Shown piece by piece: positions 60,840 through 64,000 of a DNA stretch of 64,000 nucleotides. This DNA is from Trueperaceae bacterium (lineage in GTDB: Bacteria; Deinococcota; Deinococci; Deinococcales; Trueperaceae): NCBI GenBank assembly GCA_965214405.1, contig OZ243956.1, positions 4,032,001 through 4,096,000 on the forward strand. Reading direction: 5' to 3'. Made by a program: the position numbers and the translations under genes. Below the pieces are notes generated by a model. It saw only the letters and a program-made list of their open reading frames with translations. It was not told where the DNA came from and did no database searches. Numbering within the stretch: the stretch's first letter is position 1; each line of letters starts with the position of its first letter.

Positions 60840-61868
60840 ATGGCGAATCCTAACCTCATCGAAGTCAAGGGCTTAAAAACCCACTTCTTCACCGACGAAG
60901 GCGTGGTGAAGTCGGTGGACGGGGTGGACTTTGCCATTCCCAGGGGCAAAACGCTCTGCGTCGTGGGTGAGTCGGGCTCGGGCAAGTCGGTGACGGCGCG
61001 CAGCATCTTGCGAATTGTGGACCAGCCGGGCAAAATCGTGGCGGGCGAGATTTTGTTGCACCGCGACGACCACAGCGTGGACCTTGCCAGGCTCAACCCC
61101 AGGAGCAGCGACATTCGCCGCATCCGGGGGAAAGAAATCGCCATGATTTTTCAGGAGCCGATGAGTTCGCTCTCGCCCGTTCACACCATCGGCAACCAGA
61201 TTATGGAGGCCGTCTTGCTGCACCTGCCCGTGTCCAAAAAGGAGGCGAAGGAACGGGCGATAGCGGTGTTGCAACGGGTCGGCATCCCCAAGGCCGAGTC
61301 GCGGCTGACGGCCTATCCCTTTGAGCTTTCGGGCGGAATGCGCCAGCGGGTCTGTATCGCGATGGCTTTGAGTTGCGAACCCAAACTCTTGATTGCCGAT
61401 GAGCCCACGACCGCCTTAGACGTGACCACGCAAGCGAACATCTTAGACCTCATCAAAGAACTGCAAGACGACCTCGGCATGGCGGTCATGTTCATCACCC
61501 ACGACTTAGGCGTGGTCGCCGAAGTCGCCGACGAGGTGGTGGTCATGTACTTGGGGCAGGTGATGGAGCGGGGCGACGTGGACAGCATTTTTCACGACCC
61601 CAAGCACCCGTATACCAGGGCGCTATTGGACTCGATTCCCAAACTCAGGGTGAGAGACAGGGAACGCTTAGCGTCCATTCGGGGGATGGTGCCGCATCCG
61701 TTCAACCGGCCCCAGGGTTGCTCGTTCCATACCCGTTGCGACGCCTTTATGCCCGGTGTTTGTGACCGTATCGTGCCGCCTGTAGAAGCGTTGGGGGCAG
61801 ACCGCGAGGTGCGCTGTTTGCTCTATGGCGACACGAACGTACAGCACCCTGAGGGGGTGACGGCGTGA
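60840..61868 (+). CDS. ABC ATP-binding protein (OppD-like)
   Basis: [25 protein letters not shown] and HPYT...C-terminal Cys domain. Confidence 0.93.
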   Translation: MANPNLIEVKGLKTHFFTDEGVVKSVDGVDFAIPRGKTLCVVGESGSGKSVTARSILRIVDQPGKIVAGEILLHRDDHSVDLARLNPRSSDIRRIRGKEIAMIFQEPMSSLSPVHTIGNQIMEAVLLHLPVSKKEAKERAIAVLQRVGIPKAESRLTAYPFELSGGMRQRVCIAMALSCEPKLLIADEPTTALDVTTQANILDLIKELQDDLGMAVMFITHDLGVVAEVADEVVVMYLGQVMERGDVDSIFHDPKHPYTRALLDSIPKLRVRDRERLASIRGMVPHPFNRPQGCSFHTRCDAFMPGVCDRIVPPVEALGADREVRCLLYGDTNVQHPEGVTA

Positions 61869-62941
61869 CAAATCCAATGCCGACGGTTAATCCGCCCGCG
61901 CCCAAACCAGGCTTTGCTAAGGGCAAGACCCTGCTGGAAGTCAAAGACCTGAAGATGCACTTTCCGATTCAAAAGGGTTTTTTGAAGCGTACGGTGGGAT
62001 ATGTAAAGGCGGTCGACGAGGTTTCTTTCGACATCATCGAAGGGGAAACATTGGGACTCGTCGGGGAGTCGGGCTGCGGCAAGACCACCACGGGGCGCTG
62101 CCTGCTGCGTATTTATGAGCCCAGCTCGGGGGAGATTAACTATCACCGTGAAGACGGTCGGGTGGTCGATTTGGTGGCGCTCTCAAACAAAGAACTCAAG
62201 CCCTACCGGCGCGACATCCGCATGATTTTTCAAGACCCGCAGTCGTCGCTCAATCCCAGAATGCCTGTTTTGGAACTTGTCGGTGAAGCCATGAAACTGA
62301 ATGGGCTAGCGACGGGCAAAGAGTTGGAGGACCGCGTCGCCGACCTACTCAGTAAAGTGGGCTTACGACCCGAGTACATGCGCCGCTATCCGCACGCCTT
62401 TTCGGGTGGCGAGCGGCAGCGCATCGGCATCGCTCGAGCCCTGTCCCTCAACCCGCGCCTTATCGTCGCCGACGAAGCGGTGTCCGCCCTCGATGTCTCG
62501 GTGCAGGCGCAAACACTCAACTTGATGCAGGATTTGCAAGAGGAGTTCCAACTCACTTACCTGTTCGTGGCGCACGACTTGAGCGTGGTCGAACACATCG
62601 CCGACCGGGTGGCGGTGATGTATGTAGGTAAGGTGGTCGAGCTAGCGCCCACCGACGCGCTGTTCGACACGCCCAAACACCCCTACACCGAAGCGCTCCT
62701 CTCCGCCGTGCCCAAGCCCGACCCGAGGTTGCGCAACAAAGGGGCGAGAATCAGGCTCGAGGGCGAGGTCGCCGACCCGGCCAACCCGCCGCCCGGCTGT
62801 TCCTTTCACCCGCGCTGCCGCTACGCCAAAGACGTTTGCGAAGTAGATGAGCCAAAGCTGCGCAACGTCGGCAACGGGCATCTAGCCGCCTGTCACTTCG
62901 CCGAAGCGTTAGCGCTGAGGGGGGTGATGGAAACGAGTTAG
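61865..62941 (+). CDS. ABC ATP-binding protein (OppF-like)
   Basis: [25 protein letters not shown] and [11 protein letters not shown] motifs. Confidence 0.93.
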   Translation: MTNPMPTVNPPAPKPGFAKGKTLLEVKDLKMHFPIQKGFLKRTVGYVKAVDEVSFDIIEGETLGLVGESGCGKTTTGRCLLRIYEPSSGEINYHREDGRVVDLVALSNKELKPYRRDIRMIFQDPQSSLNPRMPVLELVGEAMKLNGLATGKELEDRVADLLSKVGLRPEYMRRYPHAFSGGERQRIGIARALSLNPRLIVADEAVSALDVSVQAQTLNLMQDLQEEFQLTYLFVAHDLSVVEHIADRVAVMYVGKVVELAPTDALFDTPKHPYTEALLSAVPKPDPRLRNKGARIRLEGEVADPANPPPGCSFHPRCRYAKDVCEVDEPKLRNVGNGHLAACHFAEALALRGVMETS

Positions 62942-63085
62942 CTTGCTCGAGCTGATTTTATGCAGGGACTTAACCAGGTTCCGTTAACATTTACTGCTCG
63001 AAAAACGTGACTTATTCCGTAAGATTACGGTTCGGGACGATAATGTTCGCAAAAACCTTCAATCGCTTCAGCACTTAGGAGACAG

Positions 63086-64000
63086 ATGAACGAAATCATA
63101 GAACCCCAAAAAACGCTTCCGGTAGCGGGCGAATACGACGTGGTGGTGTGTGGTGGGGGCACGTCCGGCTTTCCCGCCGCCATCGCCGCGGCGAGGCAAG
63201 GCGCGAAGGTGGCCGTCATCGAGCGCTACGGGTTTTTGGGCGGCGTGCCCGCTTACAGCATCATGCCCTGCTGGCACGGGCTTACCGGGAATCACTCCGG
63301 CATCCTCACCGAGTTTGCCAAGCGCATTGGCGCTTTTGGACAGGGGCCTGACCCGTTAAAGGAAAACAGCCACATGGAGCCCGAAACCGTCAAAATTGTG
63401 GAGTTGCAGATGTGTCTCGAGGCGGGGGTCGAGCTGCACCTGCACAATTATTTGGCGGGCGTTATCAAAAAAGGCAACCGCGTGACCGCCGTCATCACCG
63501 AAAGCAAGTCGGGGCGCAGGGCCTTTAGGGCCAAAACCTTTGTCGACGCGACCGGCGACGGCGACCTCTCGTATCATGCGGGTGCGGAATACACCAAGGG
63601 GGACAACGGCAGAATGCAGGGCGTGACCCTGCGCTTCCGCATCGGCCACGTCGATTTTGAGCGTTATTTCGACTGGATTGAGGAGAACCTCGAGTATTAC
63701 AAGCTCGACAGCAAAGACGATGTAGACGCGCTGCGCCAAAAAGCCGAGGACGGCACCGCCTTTTACATAAGTGCCGACCTAACGCCGCTCTACAACCAGC
63801 ACCCCGAGCGCGACCTACCTGCCCACACCTATTTCAACTGTAGCGTCATCCGTCCGGGCGAGTTGTCGGTTAACTCGACGCGCATTTACGGCATCGACGG
63901 GACGGTGGAAGAAGACCTGACGCGGGCCGAAATCACCTGCCGTCAGCAGGCTTACGCTATCTGGCGCTTTTTGCGCGACGTCGTGCCAGGCTTCGAAGGC
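63086..64000 (+). CDS. FAD-dependent oxidoreductase (partial, runs off window)
   Basis: MNEIIEPQKTLPVAGEYDVVVCGGGTSGFPAAIAAARQGAKVAVIERYGFLGG and FVDATGDGDL; AGGAG RBS; absent from the ORF track because no stop lies in the window. Confidence 0.88.
   Translation, partial: MNEIIEPQKTLPVAGEYDVVVCGGGTSGFPAAIAAARQGAKVAVIERYGFLGGVPAYSIMPCWHGLTGNHSGILTEFAKRIGAFGQGPDPLKENSHMEPETVKIVELQMCLEAGVELHLHNYLAGVIKKGNRVTAVITESKSGRRAFRAKTFVDATGDGDLSYHAGAEYTKGDNGRMQGVTLRFRIGHVDFERYFDWIEENLEYYKLDSKDDVDALRQKAEDGTAFYISADLTPLYNQHPERDLPAHTYFNCSVIRPGELSVNSTRIYGIDGTVEEDLTRAEITCRQQAYAIWRFLRDVVPGFEG

Overview
GC-rich bacterial chromosome segment, probably Deinococcota (Trueperaceae-like; inferred from gene style and a strong excess of CTCGAG). 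Left to right: (i) housekeeping genes (2-oxoacid dehydrogenase E1 alpha/beta, MFS, hydrolases) with an IS; (ii) a tRNA-Ser/Ser/Arg cluster followed by a phage-type integrase and an accessory island (~9.4-24 kb). The island holds a LuxR-hydrolase regulator, a PLP decarboxylase, a FAD oxidase, a SARP/NB-ARC/TPR regulator, a Tn3 remnant, a RES-Xre toxin-antitoxin pair, a DUF1016 nuclease and an Xer-like recombinase; (iii) two giant secreted DUF11 proteins, one with very long DxDxDG repeats and one with a probable beta-barrel; (iv) an alpha-hydroxy-acid oxidase split by an ISKra4-like element; (v) a ~16 kb catabolic region with two sugar ABC systems, two PhyH dioxygenases, a double ferritin-like protein, a divergent PanB, Gfo/Idh/MocA, ThuA and two AraC regulators; (vi) DAHP synthase, GntR, a family-5 ABC transporter and a FAD oxidoreductase. 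The most striking unexplained structure is at 20.1-23.8 kb. Three direct copies of a 22-34 bp motif (core AACGCsCGCrTCTsmCGCACAA) separate co-oriented cargo genes around a non-IntI tyrosine recombinase, which makes it a candidate integron-like cassette system. All assignments come from reading the sequence; no searches were run.
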